A stretch of DNA of 50,842 bases from a virus (Duplodnaviria > Caudoviricetes), in the IMG/VR virus record IMGVR_UViG_3300043414_001004, positions 1 through 50,842 of that record. One strand, given 5' to 3'. This document shows positions 10,212 to 20,081 of the stretch, one piece after another; positions within the stretch are counted from its first letter, which is position 1; each line of letters opens with the position of its first letter. A program made the translations under genes and the position numbers. A model generated the notes under the pieces. The model ran no database searches. It had not been told where the DNA came from and saw nothing but the letters and a program-made list of their open reading frames with translations.

Positions 10212-10652
10212 TTATCTAATCGGTCCGCCAATTAGCCATGCGTCACATGTCCGGTCCCCGGCACACTTGAAGTGAAACAGTTCGCAGTAGCCAAGGTTGG
10301 CAGCATTGATGACATCTCCAGCGTAGCTTTCATGCTCGCCCATGTCCTCTTTTTCAATGCCTGCTGCGATGGCCTTAAGCATTTTTGGTGTTTGGATAAA
10401 TGCGCCGCAGTTCTCACACAGCGCCTTTTTTACCTCGGGAATGGTGGTCTCCCACATGTCAGCCTTTCTTTGCCAAAAAGCCGTGGATGCCGCGCCGGGG
10501 TTGATGGGCCCATAACCGTAATCTTTGATAGCGTGATTACGGTTTTTGAGGTTGACATGGATGTCCATGACCGCTTCCGGAGCACCTTGGTTCCCCCGTG
10601 CGTAAGCCTCTTTAATCCCTTTGACGATTGCGTCTTTTTTAACTGTAGCCAT
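10212..10652 (-). CDS. Cys-rich protein with HiPIP-like motif
   Basis: CENC...GYCELFHFKC...TCDAW cysteine pattern. Confidence 0.5.
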   Translation of the reverse strand: MATVKKDAIVKGIKEAYARGNQGAPEAVMDIHVNLKNRNHAIKDYGYGPINPGAASTAFWQRKADMWETTIPEVKKALCENCGAFIQTPKMLKAIAAGIEKEDMGEHESYAGDVINAANLGYCELFHFKCAGDRTCDAWLIGGPIR

Positions 10653-10654
10653 GG

Positions 10655-10813
10655 TTACCTCTTTGCCGCGCGCATGTTGTCCACCAGGTTGGGGTACGGC
10701 CGACCGGCCTTTTTGGCAGCCGTTTTTGCGGCAGCCTTTTTTACAGGAGATAAAGCTTTGGGTTTTCCAAGGCTTTTAGGGCGCGTCTTGTCCCAAATCG
10801 GCGTGGTTTTCAT
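10655..10813 (-). CDS. small basic protein (52 aa)
   Basis: MKTTPIWDKTRPK...GRPYPNLVDNMRAAKR. Fills the gap between two genes exactly; too short for the ORF track. Confidence 0.6.
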   Translation of the reverse strand: MKTTPIWDKTRPKSLGKPKALSPVKKAAAKTAAKKAGRPYPNLVDNMRAAKR

Positions 10814-10816
10814 GAG

Positions 10817-11260
10817 TCAATCCAGTAGTGCGCACTCGGCAGTGCGCCGTTTTAACAAGCCTGGCAAGACCCTACCTCCGCCCTTGGTCCAAAGCATTAG
10901 TTGTTCCTTGGCCCCTTCCCAGTCATTGGCGTTGATTTTCCGCTTTAACGTGCTTGTTTGCAAGCGGCCTGTGCCAAGGTTGTAGGCAAAATCTACAATG
11001 GCATTGCACTTGCGGACATCAGTAATCAGGCCGGGGCAGTTGCGCAGAACACCTGGAAGATATGTGTGCTCAAGCTCAACCATCAAAAGCGCACGGGCTG
11101 CGGTCTCATCCATAGGCTCATCTTGCAGGGTGACCTTGCGTTTGTCTGCGTAGTAGGTGGAGCCGTAGCCGATCGTTGCCACGCCAGCCGGACACAGGTA
11201 CGGTTTGGAGCGGAACCCCTCAAACTGTCGGCAGAGGGCTGCGGCAAGGTCCAGGTTCAT
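10817..11260 (-). CDS. endolysin, GH24 phage lysozyme
   Basis: FEGFRSKPYLCPAGVATIGYGST catalytic E-x8-C-x5-T motif, FAYNLG, and GLLKRRTAE. Confidence 0.93.
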   Translation of the reverse strand: MNLDLAAALCRQFEGFRSKPYLCPAGVATIGYGSTYYADKRKVTLQDEPMDETAARALLMVELEHTYLPGVLRNCPGLITDVRKCNAIVDFAYNLGTGRLQTSTLKRKINANDWEGAKEQLMLWTKGGGRVLPGLLKRRTAECALLD

Positions 11261-11757
11261 ATTCCGCGCTGCTTCAGGGTACGGTCAAGGAACCAGTAAT
11301 TGATGGTGCCGGACAGTAGAGCGGAGAAGTCAGGGGTCATCATGGTCTTGAACACCTCTGAGGCTGGGGCACCGACCAACCATGCGTTCCATGCAAACCA
11401 AACGTGGATGAATGACCAGATGAACAGCACCCAGTATGTGACCACGGGGCGCACTGAAGCCGACAAGCTTGCCACCCAACCGCCTGCGGCTTTGACCATT
11501 TCGGCCTGCTGGGTGATGGCGTTGTTGAAGGCATCCATAACGCCCACGTCGACAGCGGCCTCCCGCTGCGCACCAATCTCGGCCAACTTCTGCTGACCAC
11601 GCTGGGCTTCCAAGTCACACTGGTTCTTGAACATGGCCAATTCGTGTTGGCGCTCGTTCTTTTTGTCAAAGAACTTCAGGACCTCAGGGGCCATGCGGAA
11701 TAGCCCGCCGATCAGCGACCCAAAAATACCTCCACCAAGAATTTCCAACATAATCAA
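11257..11757 (-). CDS. holin-like membrane protein
   Basis: N-terminal hydrophobic helix, SASVRPVVTY motif, two further TM segments, YWFLDR end. Adjacent to the lysozyme. Confidence 0.65.
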   Translation of the reverse strand: MIMLEILGGGIFGSLIGGLFRMAPEVLKFFDKKNERQHELAMFKNQCDLEAQRGQQKLAEIGAQREAAVDVGVMDAFNNAITQQAEMVKAAGGWVASLSASVRPVVTYWVLFIWSFIHVWFAWNAWLVGAPASEVFKTMMTPDFSALLSGTINYWFLDRTLKQRGI

Positions 11758-12371
11758 TTTCCCCTTTTGGTCAACATGGCCGAAGCAATTTCCAGCATGA
11801 ATTTTACTTGCTCAATATTTTGCGGAGGATCTACCCAGCCTACGGTAATCTGCCCGACAAACCGGTGCGAATCTGGAGGAACGCTTACCCGGCAGGTGAA
11901 GCCCACCCCCTTCTCCAGGTACCAAATCCCGACTTCGGACTGCGCATAACGGTACTCGGAGCACGGAATCTCATTGGTCATCAGCTTGACCACATCGGCA
12001 TTATTCGCAGCGTTTTGGCTGAAGAGGCCAACATCAATGTCCTCAACGCTCTTATCCCTGCCATCCTTGGTGTACGCGCGGTACAGCACCCTGCTGCCGA
12101 ACAGGGGGTTGACCTTGAACACCGCCACCACGGTTGCGCCCGTCTTTTTGAAGAGCATGGCGCTGGCTTCGTCTGCTCGAGATGTGTTGATCTCCGGCAG
12201 CTTCTTGGACTCCTTGTAGGCGTCCCTCATGAATTCTTGGTTCTGCCACATGAAGTAGCCCGTGAAGGCCACAATGCCCATCACGAGGATGGCGAACAGT
12301 TTGAAGGGCGAGTCCACATACCCGAGCACCTTGTCGAGTGTGGAGTCCGGGGTCAGTTTCTCGTCACTCAT
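11754..12371 (-). CDS. membrane-anchored hypothetical protein
   Basis: 205 aa with one N-terminal TM helix; in the lysis region. Confidence 0.55.
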   Translation of the reverse strand: MSDEKLTPDSTLDKVLGYVDSPFKLFAILVMGIVAFTGYFMWQNQEFMRDAYKESKKLPEINTSRADEASAMLFKKTGATVVAVFKVNPLFGSRVLYRAYTKDGRDKSVEDIDVGLFSQNAANNADVVKLMTNEIPCSEYRYAQSEVGIWYLEKGVGFTCRVSVPPDSHRFVGQITVGWVDPPQNIEQVKFMLEIASAMLTKRGN

Positions 12372-12823
12372 TTCCGGTACATCATGTACAGCGCGATGCC
12401 ATAGATCATGAGCGCGGCCAAGATCACGGTGGCAATGCCGATTGCAAAATACTCGACCAACTTTTCCATGCGGGCCTTGCGCTCAACAATGGCACGGGCC
12501 ACGGCTTCCTTCTTCTCTCGTCGCCGCCGTGCAGCTTGGGCTTGGAACTTCACCCAGTCTTCCCACATGCCCGCACGCCCAGCGTAGACCATCGACTCGC
12601 GCAGGTGCTCTTCTTGCTGCTTGAGTTGCTCCAGCGCCATGAACTCTTCCATGTCGCTACGACCTTCTCCGCCGCCCTTTTGGGTGGCCTTCTCTTGGAT
12701 TTTAGCCTTGTTGTCAAAGTAGTCGAAAACCCGACCACCAAGCGCAGACAACTCCTTGCCGTTGGCCAGAGCCGCCTTTATGACGTTGAATGCCGCATTT
12801 GCAGCCGCGAGTTCAGCGAGCAT
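12368..12823 (-). CDS. coiled-coil protein with C-terminal TM helix
   Basis: Probable start MLAELAAANAAF at 12823; C-terminal hydrophobic helix. Confidence 0.55.
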   Translation of the reverse strand: MLAELAAANAAFNVIKAALANGKELSALGGRVFDYFDNKAKIQEKATQKGGGEGRSDMEEFMALEQLKQQEEHLRESMVYAGRAGMWEDWVKFQAQAARRRREKKEAVARAIVERKARMEKLVEYFAIGIATVILAALMIYGIALYMMYRK

Positions 12824-12908
12824 AAATCCACCAAAAAATATACGTGCACCAAAGCACAAGACCGACCAGACTGGCCGCTGCAACAAGGGCAACGAACCAG
12901 TCTTTCAT
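12813..12908 (-). CDS. 31-aa single-TM peptide
   Basis: MKDWFVALVAAASLVGLVLWCTYIFWWIYAR; fills the gap between genes. Confidence 0.4.
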   Translation of the reverse strand: MKDWFVALVAAASLVGLVLWCTYIFWWIYAR

Positions 12909-12910
12909 GG

Positions 12911-14290
12911 TTAAAAAGGAACCGTGGTTATGGTCATAACACCCGTCGTAACCGTATTGCCTGGCGTAACACCCGCATCAGCGCCTGCTGTAGTACCGTT
13001 GGAGTTGGTAGTGTTAGTAAGGGCATCAGTTGGCGTAGTTCGACTGGTTGTAACGTAGTTGTACGTAAAACCGTCAACCGTGGCAGAGTTGCCGCTACCG
13101 CTCCCGTCACCAGGCATCTTCATGATCAGCGCTCTTTCCCCATTGACATGAGCGGTAGACCTAAAAGACACGTAAATGTTGTCAAAAGAGTCTACTGCAA
13201 TGCGCGGATCAGATACCGATTTGGTTGGAGATGTAACGCTCCGCTGCCATACAAGCGTGCCGCTGATGGTCCACTTATTGATCAGCACTTCCGTGCGGCC
13301 CCCGACAGCGCCTGTGGTATACCCAACAACATAAACATGCGTGTTGCTGGGGTCCATGCATAGAGCAGTGCCGACGGTAGTTAAGCCACCGGTATCAGTA
13401 AGAAATCCTTGCCACACATATCCACCTGCCGTCGTAAACTTCAATAAAACCTGGGTGGATTGGCTAGTAGTGCTCCCTGTTGTGTACGTATTTACCAGGT
13501 AATAAAGAACATCTGCAGTCTCTCCTTGGATAACAGCCACTCCGTCCTGCGCAGTATTTGCAGCGTTATTTTGAAAGGTGGCCCCTACTTTTGCCCCGTC
13601 TGCCTGAGCCAAGGTCCACAAGCATCCGTCAAAGCTTGAAGGAGTTACACGAGATGCAACGCAGTAATTAGTACTGTTGAGAAGTGCCACCCCATTACCG
13701 ATGGAACTAGAGGTGGTAGGGGTAGCCGTATCCCCAAGTAATCGGAGAAACTGGCGAGTTCCGCTGCTGTCGTACTTAGAAACAACAATATCGGTTCGGG
13801 TTGAATAAATATAGTTACCAGTACCTGCAGGGTAAATAGCGTTACTTGCGTCTGTTGTAACTCCGTTAAAAGTGCCTTTTTGGTTTATGTAGCGGTGCCA
13901 TTGAAAAGTTCCGCTGCTGTTAACTTTTAACAAATACGGAAAAGTGAGAGTGTTAAAATCGATAAAAATGCTTCCAGCTACTATGACGTTTCCTGAGCTA
14001 TCAACAGTTATAGCATTTGGATAAGAATAGTCATTGGAAGTGGTGGTTGCTACCTGCGTCTGCCAAGTAATTGCAGATAAGTCAAGCGGCAATTTTGCCA
14101 CTGTGACAGCGGACCTAGTGTTAATGGGGTTGCCAGTATCAACTGCTAGATATAACAGATCGTTTTTGATAACTATTTTAGGACTGGCATCTATCCTGAC
14201 GCGGGTATCTGCAATGTACGCCAAAAGTCCAACAGGAGGCCCACCGCCTCCACCAAAAGCGGCAAGCATGATGTTAAGTGTTCCGCTCAT
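12911..14290 (-). CDS. beta-propeller receptor-binding/fibre-tip protein
   Basis: 459 aa with repeated ITVDSSGNVIVAG / K.D.SGT..WQR blades and an N-terminal MSGTLNIMLAAFGGGGG tether. Lower GC than the flanks. Confidence 0.65.
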   Translation of the reverse strand: MSGTLNIMLAAFGGGGGPPVGLLAYIADTRVRIDASPKIVIKNDLLYLAVDTGNPINTRSAVTVAKLPLDLSAITWQTQVATTTSNDYSYPNAITVDSSGNVIVAGSIFIDFNTLTFPYLLKVNSSGTFQWHRYINQKGTFNGVTTDASNAIYPAGTGNYIYSTRTDIVVSKYDSSGTRQFLRLLGDTATPTTSSSIGNGVALLNSTNYCVASRVTPSSFDGCLWTLAQADGAKVGATFQNNAANTAQDGVAVIQGETADVLYYLVNTYTTGSTTSQSTQVLLKFTTAGGYVWQGFLTDTGGLTTVGTALCMDPSNTHVYVVGYTTGAVGGRTEVLINKWTISGTLVWQRSVTSPTKSVSDPRIAVDSFDNIYVSFRSTAHVNGERALIMKMPGDGSGSGNSATVDGFTYNYVTTSRTTPTDALTNTTNSNGTTAGADAGVTPGNTVTTGVMTITTVPF

Positions 14291-16047
14291 GCCAAATTCC
14301 CCGTTACAACAGCGCGCGTGGCCGTGATGAATAAAATGTTGACCACGCCCCTTGTGGTGATGCTAAAAGCGCTGATGTCAGCATCCGTTCCGGCCTTGTA
14401 AACATCCGTCACAGCGGAACAAGTGCAGGCAATGGTGGCAGAGGTGTTGTTGAAAATGCTGATGACGTCTCCTGCGGCAAACACGGCCGCTGGAACAACA
14501 ACAGTACCGCCTGTTCCAAGCTCAATAAACTTACCAACGTCGGCCGCCACGAGGGTGTAGCTTGCAGTCTTGATGCCTGACAAAGGGACGTTTCGGTAAC
14601 CCACCTTGTTGGTGCCATCTGCCGTGCAGTTGGTCAATGCGCCGCTGGTGGGGGTTCCCAGGACTGGGGTAACCAAAGTTGGGCTTGTCGCAAACACCGC
14701 CGCGCCACTGCCCGTTTCGTCAGTCAAAGCTCCCGCCAAGGAGGAAGAAGTAAACGACCCCAGCACGGTAGCATTGCCTGTTGATGTGACCGCACCCGTC
14801 AAGTTGGCATTGGTCGTCACGTTGCCCGCTGTCAGGCCTGCCGCTGTGCCGGTAATGTTGGTTCCAACGAGGGCCGAAGGTGTTCCAAGGGCAGGCGTGA
14901 CCAGGGTAGGGCTCGTCGCAAACACCGCCGCGCCACTGCCCGTCTCGTCGGTAAGCGCAGCGGAAAGGTTGGCAGAAGTGAACGAGCCCAGTGAAGCGGT
15001 GTTGCCCACCGAAGTGACCATGCCTGTCAAGTTGGCATTGGTCGTTACGTTGCCCGCCGTCAGGCCGGAGGCTGTGCCGGTGATGTTTGTTCCAACCAAA
15101 GTTGACGGCGTGCCAAGGTTAGGCGTGACCAGGGTCGGGCTTGTCGCAAACACTGCCGCGCCGCTGCCCGTCTCATCTGTTAAGGCTCCGGCCAACGCGG
15201 CGGAAGTGAACGATCCCAACACGGTAGCATTGCCGGTTGACGTGACCGCGCCTGTAAGGTTAGCGTTGGTTGTTACAGCGCCCGCTGTCAGGCCCGCCGC
15301 TGTTCCTGTGATGTTGGTGCCCACAAGAGTAGAAGGCGTGCCGAGGTTGGGCGTAACCAAGGTCGGGCTCGTTGCAAACACTGCTGATCCACTGCCCGTC
15401 TCATCTGTCAAAGCTCCGGCTAGGTTAGAGGAGCTAAATGAACCTAAAGAAGTGGCGGGGCCTACTGAAGTCACGGCTCCCGTTAAGTTGGGGGAAGCGG
15501 CGTTAATTGTTTGATTGGGCCATGTTCCGGTGATCGTGACGTTGGTCCCCTGAACTAGGGCGGGGTTAGTAAGCCCCGTTCCACCACTTGTGACAGGCAG
15601 TGCAGCGCCAAGGGTCAGAGAGCTGAAATGGGTGACTGCATTCACCACATTTACCCCATCCACGTACAAATGCATCTTTGTGTTGTGAGGCACTGTGACG
15701 CCCGTCCCTGAAGACGTTTTTACGGTAATGCTCTGGCCACCTGACGTGTTGTTCTGGACAAGGTACTGCTTTTGAATCGTTGGAACAACCAGCTCGCGAA
15801 CACCCGTCAAAGTGACTGCAGATGTGACGTTGAGGACCAGGGCTCGCGGGACCTGCAGTGCCGGTCCCAACGCGTCGCTCAGGCTGATGGTAAGGTTGGA
15901 ATCCGTCAAAAACTCTGGATTACTGAGGCCCGTGATGGCCTGCTCAATGGCGGTACCAATGTTGGTGTTGGTCGTATTACCCCAAGTGTTCGACTGCTCT
16001 CCGCTGCCGATTATCTCGAATTTGAGGGCTGAAAAAGTGCTTGCCAT
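14287..16047 (-). CDS. tail fibre protein 2
   Basis: N-terminal anchor MASTFSALKFEIIGSGEQSNTWG paralogous to 16878..18737; four 76-aa repeats; C-terminal YTLVAADVGK adaptor domain. Confidence 0.75.
   Translation of the reverse strand: MASTFSALKFEIIGSGEQSNTWGNTTNTNIGTAIEQAITGLSNPEFLTDSNLTISLSDALGPALQVPRALVLNVTSAVTLTGVRELVVPTIQKQYLVQNNTSGGQSITVKTSSGTGVTVPHNTKMHLYVDGVNVVNAVTHFSSLTLGAALPVTSGGTGLTNPALVQGTNVTITGTWPNQTINAASPNLTGAVTSVGPATSLGSFSSSNLAGALTDETGSGSAVFATSPTLVTPNLGTPSTLVGTNITGTAAGLTAGAVTTNANLTGAVTSTGNATVLGSFTSAALAGALTDETGSGAAVFATSPTLVTPNLGTPSTLVGTNITGTASGLTAGNVTTNANLTGMVTSVGNTASLGSFTSANLSAALTDETGSGAAVFATSPTLVTPALGTPSALVGTNITGTAAGLTAGNVTTNANLTGAVTSTGNATVLGSFTSSSLAGALTDETGSGAAVFATSPTLVTPVLGTPTSGALTNCTADGTNKVGYRNVPLSGIKTASYTLVAADVGKFIELGTGGTVVVPAAVFAAGDVISIFNNTSATIACTCSAVTDVYKAGTDADISAFSITTRGVVNILFITATRAVVTGNLA
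14640..15490 (-). repeat. about 4 x 228-bp coding tandem repeat
   Basis: GT(C/T)GCAAACAC recurs at 14687, 14915, 15143 and 15371; encodes LTDETGSGAAVFATSPTLVTP units. Confidence 0.9.
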
Positions 16048-16105
16048 GGGGTTTCCTATGCGGAAGTAATATCGTTGATTTTAAAACAAATCGTGCTTAT
16101 TTGGG

Positions 16106-16564
16106 TCACGGTGCATCGGGCCAGGTGATGGACCAAGGAAACCCCTCTTGCAGCGGCAGCTCCCGCAAAAGTTGGCGGTATGCCGCCCACGCCGTCCTGT
16201 CCACCGGCACATCTGCCGCCTGTGTCCAGTCACAAGATGCCAGCAGACGGTCCCTTTCTTCACGAACCCGGTGAGCTTGATCAGCGATTTTTGCCAGGGC
16301 CTCTTCACTGTCCATTTCCGTGACAACATACTGCTGAGTCCAGACCCCATCTTCCAGGATCGCGGGCCCTTCATCGCGCTGCTGCGTAGCGGGATCGTAG
16401 TATGGTGGCGTGGCAATGCGAAGTTTGGCCACCCCAAAATACAGCGCCTGCTCAGGCGTCAGCTTTCGGGCAAAACAAAAGGTATCTTCGTCCCACTGCG
16501 TCGGTTCGACATCGTGGACATGGCGAAGAAAGACCCCATTCTGGGACTGAACATATCTAAGCAT
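16106..16564 (-). CDS. tail fibre assembly chaperone
   Basis: C-terminal VREERDRLLASCDWTQ...W.AYRQ.LR.LP.Q.GFP..I.WP motif. Confidence 0.85.
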   Translation of the reverse strand: MLRYVQSQNGVFLRHVHDVEPTQWDEDTFCFARKLTPEQALYFGVAKLRIATPPYYDPATQQRDEGPAILEDGVWTQQYVVTEMDSEEALAKIADQAHRVREERDRLLASCDWTQAADVPVDRTAWAAYRQLLRELPLQEGFPWSITWPDAP

Positions 16565-16866
16565 TATGCTGACTCCTTGGCCTTGCGCTTGGCAGTTACC
16601 CGCTCAACTGCATCTGCATAGGCCTGTTGATCGTCAATCTGTGCACGTAGTGCATCCATCACTGCCTCAACCATCCGCATTTGCTTGGTTGTTGAAGCAA
16701 GTCGCTCCGCAATATCCGTCTTAGATTCAAAATCTTCGAGCGTTCCCAGCAGGTGCTCAAAGTTGGAGCGGTCAAGCTCATAGTGAAAATACTCCACTTC
16801 ACGTGCATAAATGGCATCAGCAAGGGTGTCGTATTTGTAGGCAGGAGGAAGCTGGGTATAGATCAT
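16564..16866 (-). CDS. hypothetical protein (fibre module)
   Basis: 100 aa helical protein, translationally coupled to the chaperone gene. Confidence 0.55.
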   Translation of the reverse strand: MIYTQLPPAYKYDTLADAIYAREVEYFHYELDRSNFEHLLGTLEDFESKTDIAERLASTTKQMRMVEAVMDALRAQIDDQQAYADAVERVTAKRKAKESA

Positions 16867-16877
16867 GGCTTTTAAAA

Positions 16878-18737
16878 TTATGGGTTAACGGTGAAAGCTA
16901 CGCTGTTAACAGCGGCCGCAGGCAGCGATCCAGGGTTGGCATATTTGACACCAAAACCAGCGCCAGACCATGGGTAGGCAGAGACAAATGGAGTGACGGC
17001 ATGGCCTACTGCAATGGCCGTGCCTGCGGGGTTAAAGTCAACAGCGTTACCTATTCCCGTAGGCACTGTTGCGGGGTTGGCAAATCTAGTGCCAAAACCA
17101 GCGCCTGACCATGGATAGGTAGATACCCACGGGGTAATATCATGGGCCACTGCAATGGCCGTACCTGCCGGGTTAAAAGCAACACCTCTGCCAGTTCCCG
17201 TAGGCACTGTGGCAGGGTTGGCATATTTGGTGCCGAAGCCCGCGCCTGACCATGGGTAGGCAGAGACAAATGGGGTAGTGGCGTGAGCAACCGCAATAGC
17301 TCCGCCAGAGGGACTGAAAGCAACGCTGTTCCCTGTACCCGTAGGCAACGTTGCGGGGTTGGTAAACTTGGTACCAAAGCCAGCGCCAGACCATGGGTAA
17401 ACAGAGACAAATGGGGTAGTGGCGTGAGCAACCGCAATAGCGTCATCGGACGGACTGAAAGCAACGCTGCTGCCTATGCCCGCAGGCAACGTTGCGGGGT
17501 TGGCATACTTGCTGCCAAAGCCAGCGCCAGACCATGGGTAAACAGAGACAAATGGGGTGCCGCTACAAGCCACTGCAATATTATCCCCAAGGTTACTAAA
17601 CACAACCCCGTTACCTTGCGTTACGGGCAACGTTGCGGGGTCAGAATACTTGGCACCATAGCCCTGCACCGAAAAAGGATAGACAGTTACAAAGGGGGTA
17701 ACTGCATGGGCAATAGCCAGGTCCCTTCCTGATGGGCTAAAAGCAGCTCCCAGCACGGAAGCAGGCACCCCGGAAGCGTTGGTATATGCCGTTCCAAAAC
17801 CGGTTGAGGTCCATGGATACGTAACCATAGAAGAGCCTGCAACTACAACAGACTCAAGAACTGTACTTACACTTCCTGTCTGATACAAGAAGTTTGCCAT
17901 CCATTTAGTTGCCGTAACCTTTATACAGACCAAAGTGTTGTTTGGTACCACTTGCACTGTGCCCGTGGTACCTGCTCCAAACACCAGGGTATCTCCACAT
18001 GACACAAACACTGCTCGCCCACCGTTTTCTACGGTGAACAGTACCTGCGTGCCAATTGGAAAGGACACGGCGCTATCCGCAGGGATGGTGTAGTTACGTT
18101 GCGAGGCATCAGACGCCGGATGAAAAATCTGCTTTCCGGCGTCGCCCAAGACTAGCGTGTAATCAGCAGACTGAGAGTTCTGCACATAGCCATAAAGATT
18201 TATCGTTTGGTTTGGAAAAGTTCCAGAAAGAACAATGCTGTTGCCTGATGCCAAACCCGCTGTTGTAGAACCTGTTCCTCCGCTTGTAATAGGCAGTGGA
18301 GCAGCAAGCGTTAGGGCGCTGAAGTGCGACACCGCATTGGTCACGTCTACCCCGTCCCCGTACAAAATTATCTTTGCGCCGTTGGGAACCGTAACGCCAG
18401 TTCCAAACGCAGTTATCACAGTAATGCTTTGGCCGCCCGTGGTGTTATTCTGGACAATGTACTGCTTCTGGATAGCAGGGACTATCAGTTGACGAGTTGC
18501 AGTTAAGCTGACTGAAGACGTGACGTTTAAAACCAAGGCCCGCGCCACCTGCAAAGCAGTTGTGTCTGTCAGAGAAATTGTCAAATTAGAGTCAGCTGTA
18601 AAGACGGGGTTGCCCAGCCCTGTGATAGCTTGCTCAATGGCAGTGCCAATGTTGCTGTTGGTCGTGTCGCCCCAATTTCCAGCTTGATCGCCTGTGCCAA
18701 TCAGCTCGAATTTAAGATTTGAATACGTACTTGGCAT
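16878..18737 (-). CDS. tail fibre protein 1 with C-terminal WD40-like beta-propeller
   Basis: Anchor domain, QNSQSADYTLVLGDAGK domain, then about seven 47-aa repeats AFSP.G.AIAVAH.TTPFVS.YPWSGAGFGTKYANPA. Confidence 0.75.
   Translation of the reverse strand: MPSTYSNLKFELIGTGDQAGNWGDTTNSNIGTAIEQAITGLGNPVFTADSNLTISLTDTTALQVARALVLNVTSSVSLTATRQLIVPAIQKQYIVQNNTTGGQSITVITAFGTGVTVPNGAKIILYGDGVDVTNAVSHFSALTLAAPLPITSGGTGSTTAGLASGNSIVLSGTFPNQTINLYGYVQNSQSADYTLVLGDAGKQIFHPASDASQRNYTIPADSAVSFPIGTQVLFTVENGGRAVFVSCGDTLVFGAGTTGTVQVVPNNTLVCIKVTATKWMANFLYQTGSVSTVLESVVVAGSSMVTYPWTSTGFGTAYTNASGVPASVLGAAFSPSGRDLAIAHAVTPFVTVYPFSVQGYGAKYSDPATLPVTQGNGVVFSNLGDNIAVACSGTPFVSVYPWSGAGFGSKYANPATLPAGIGSSVAFSPSDDAIAVAHATTPFVSVYPWSGAGFGTKFTNPATLPTGTGNSVAFSPSGGAIAVAHATTPFVSAYPWSGAGFGTKYANPATVPTGTGRGVAFNPAGTAIAVAHDITPWVSTYPWSGAGFGTRFANPATVPTGIGNAVDFNPAGTAIAVGHAVTPFVSAYPWSGAGFGVKYANPGSLPAAAVNSVAFTVNP
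16890..17830 (-). repeat. 141-bp coding tandem repeats (propeller blades)
   Basis: ACCATGG recurs at 16967, 17108, 17249, 17390 and 17531. Confidence 0.9.
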
Positions 18738-18788
18738 GCCATTTCCTTGTGTAAAGCCCTTACCCCGGTATTTTGCAGTATTTTTCTT

Positions 18789-20072
18789 TTAGGTAGGAGT
18801 TAAATCCCAGTTTGCGTTGTTTTGGTCGTCTACAACCACCCATGTCGCAGTGTTTTGATCGTCTACAGTCGACCAAGTTGCAGTGTTTTGGTCATTTACA
18901 GTGGCCCATACTGCAGTGTTTTGATCATCCACAGGAGCCCAGTCCACAACGTTTTGGTCGTTGACGATGCTCCAGCCAAACAGGCCTCCGACAAGGCCTA
19001 CTGCCTGCGTTCCTACGACAAACACAGAGGTCCCGTTGACTGTTTCAACCTGGCCAACAAGCGCCGTTCCTTGAACGCCTTGGAGTGTAACAGTTGCAGA
19101 ACCGCCCGCTATCGCAACTTGGCCAACAAGCGCCGTTCCTTGAACGCCTTGGACCGTGACATTTACAGAGGGAATGAATACTGCAACCTGGCCAACACGG
19201 CCCGTTGCCTGGACACCCTGAACCGTGACATCTGCGGACGGGGCGTCCACCGTAATGTCGCCAAGAATGGCCGTTGCCTGGACACCCTGAACCGTGACAT
19301 CTACGGAAGGGGAATCTACTACAACGTCGCCAAGGACCGCCGTCGAGGCAATATTCAGAACACCTTGGCCCCACGGTTGAGCGCCCCATGCCACCCCAGA
19401 AGCATTCCAGCCAGAAAATGCAACAGTTGCATCAACGGTGTTTGTTACTGTAACCGTGCCTACATCGGCAGTTGCAGAGACTCCCGTGACAAAATAGCCG
19501 GTGTCCTGCTCTACCTGGCCAACCTCACCGGTTGCAGACACCCCTGTGGCAAAGGCATCTGCTTCGCCAACTAGCTGTACCTGCCCAATATCACCGGTTG
19601 CAGATACACCCGTGACAAAGGCATCTGCCCCAATCTCTACTACAACCGTGCCGACAGCTACAGTTGCAGACACCCCCGTGACAGGATAGGAGCTCTGTAT
19701 TACTACTTCGCCAATATCACCGGTGGCGGATACCCCCGTAAGAAGGGTCTCATCGTCGACCCGTACTACGACGGGGCCGACGGCCGCAGTTCCGGCCACC
19801 CCAACAAGCGTGGCTACGTCACTGATGTCTACTTCGGCCGCGCCAAGCTCCGCTGACGCCTGTACCCCGTCAAGAAGCACAAGGGCATCACCCTGTACCT
19901 CAACATCCCCAATAAAACCTGTTGCCTCTACCCCTCGGGGTATAACGCCGCCAGTTACATCCCCTACCTCACCAATTGCGGCAATGTCGAGGACACCTTG
20001 CCCCCATGGCTGAGCGCCCCAGGCTACACCGGAGGCGTTCCATCCCGCAAAGGCAACAACGACATCTGCCAC
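18789..20072 (-). CDS. Val/Gly/Thr-rich repetitive virion (fibre-like) protein
   Basis: GV.ATG.VG.V repeats, duplicated GWNASGVAWGAQPWGQG motif, C-terminal 11-aa W..V.DQN repeats. Confidence 0.6.
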   Translation of the reverse strand: MADVVVAFAGWNASGVAWGAQPWGQGVLDIAAIGEVGDVTGGVIPRGVEATGFIGDVEVQGDALVLLDGVQASAELGAAEVDISDVATLVGVAGTAAVGPVVVRVDDETLLTGVSATGDIGEVVIQSSYPVTGVSATVAVGTVVVEIGADAFVTGVSATGDIGQVQLVGEADAFATGVSATGEVGQVEQDTGYFVTGVSATADVGTVTVTNTVDATVAFSGWNASGVAWGAQPWGQGVLNIASTAVLGDVVVDSPSVDVTVQGVQATAILGDITVDAPSADVTVQGVQATGRVGQVAVFIPSVNVTVQGVQGTALVGQVAIAGGSATVTLQGVQGTALVGQVETVNGTSVFVVGTQAVGLVGGLFGWSIVNDQNVVDWAPVDDQNTAVWATVNDQNTATWSTVDDQNTATWVVVDDQNNANWDLTPT

Positions 20073-20081
20073 TCATGCCCC

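Noticed and set aside
16890-17830. Regular repeats resembling a CRISPR array or DGR TR/VR
   Set aside because: In-frame 141-bp coding repeats without unique spacers; no cas or reverse transcriptase gene in the window.
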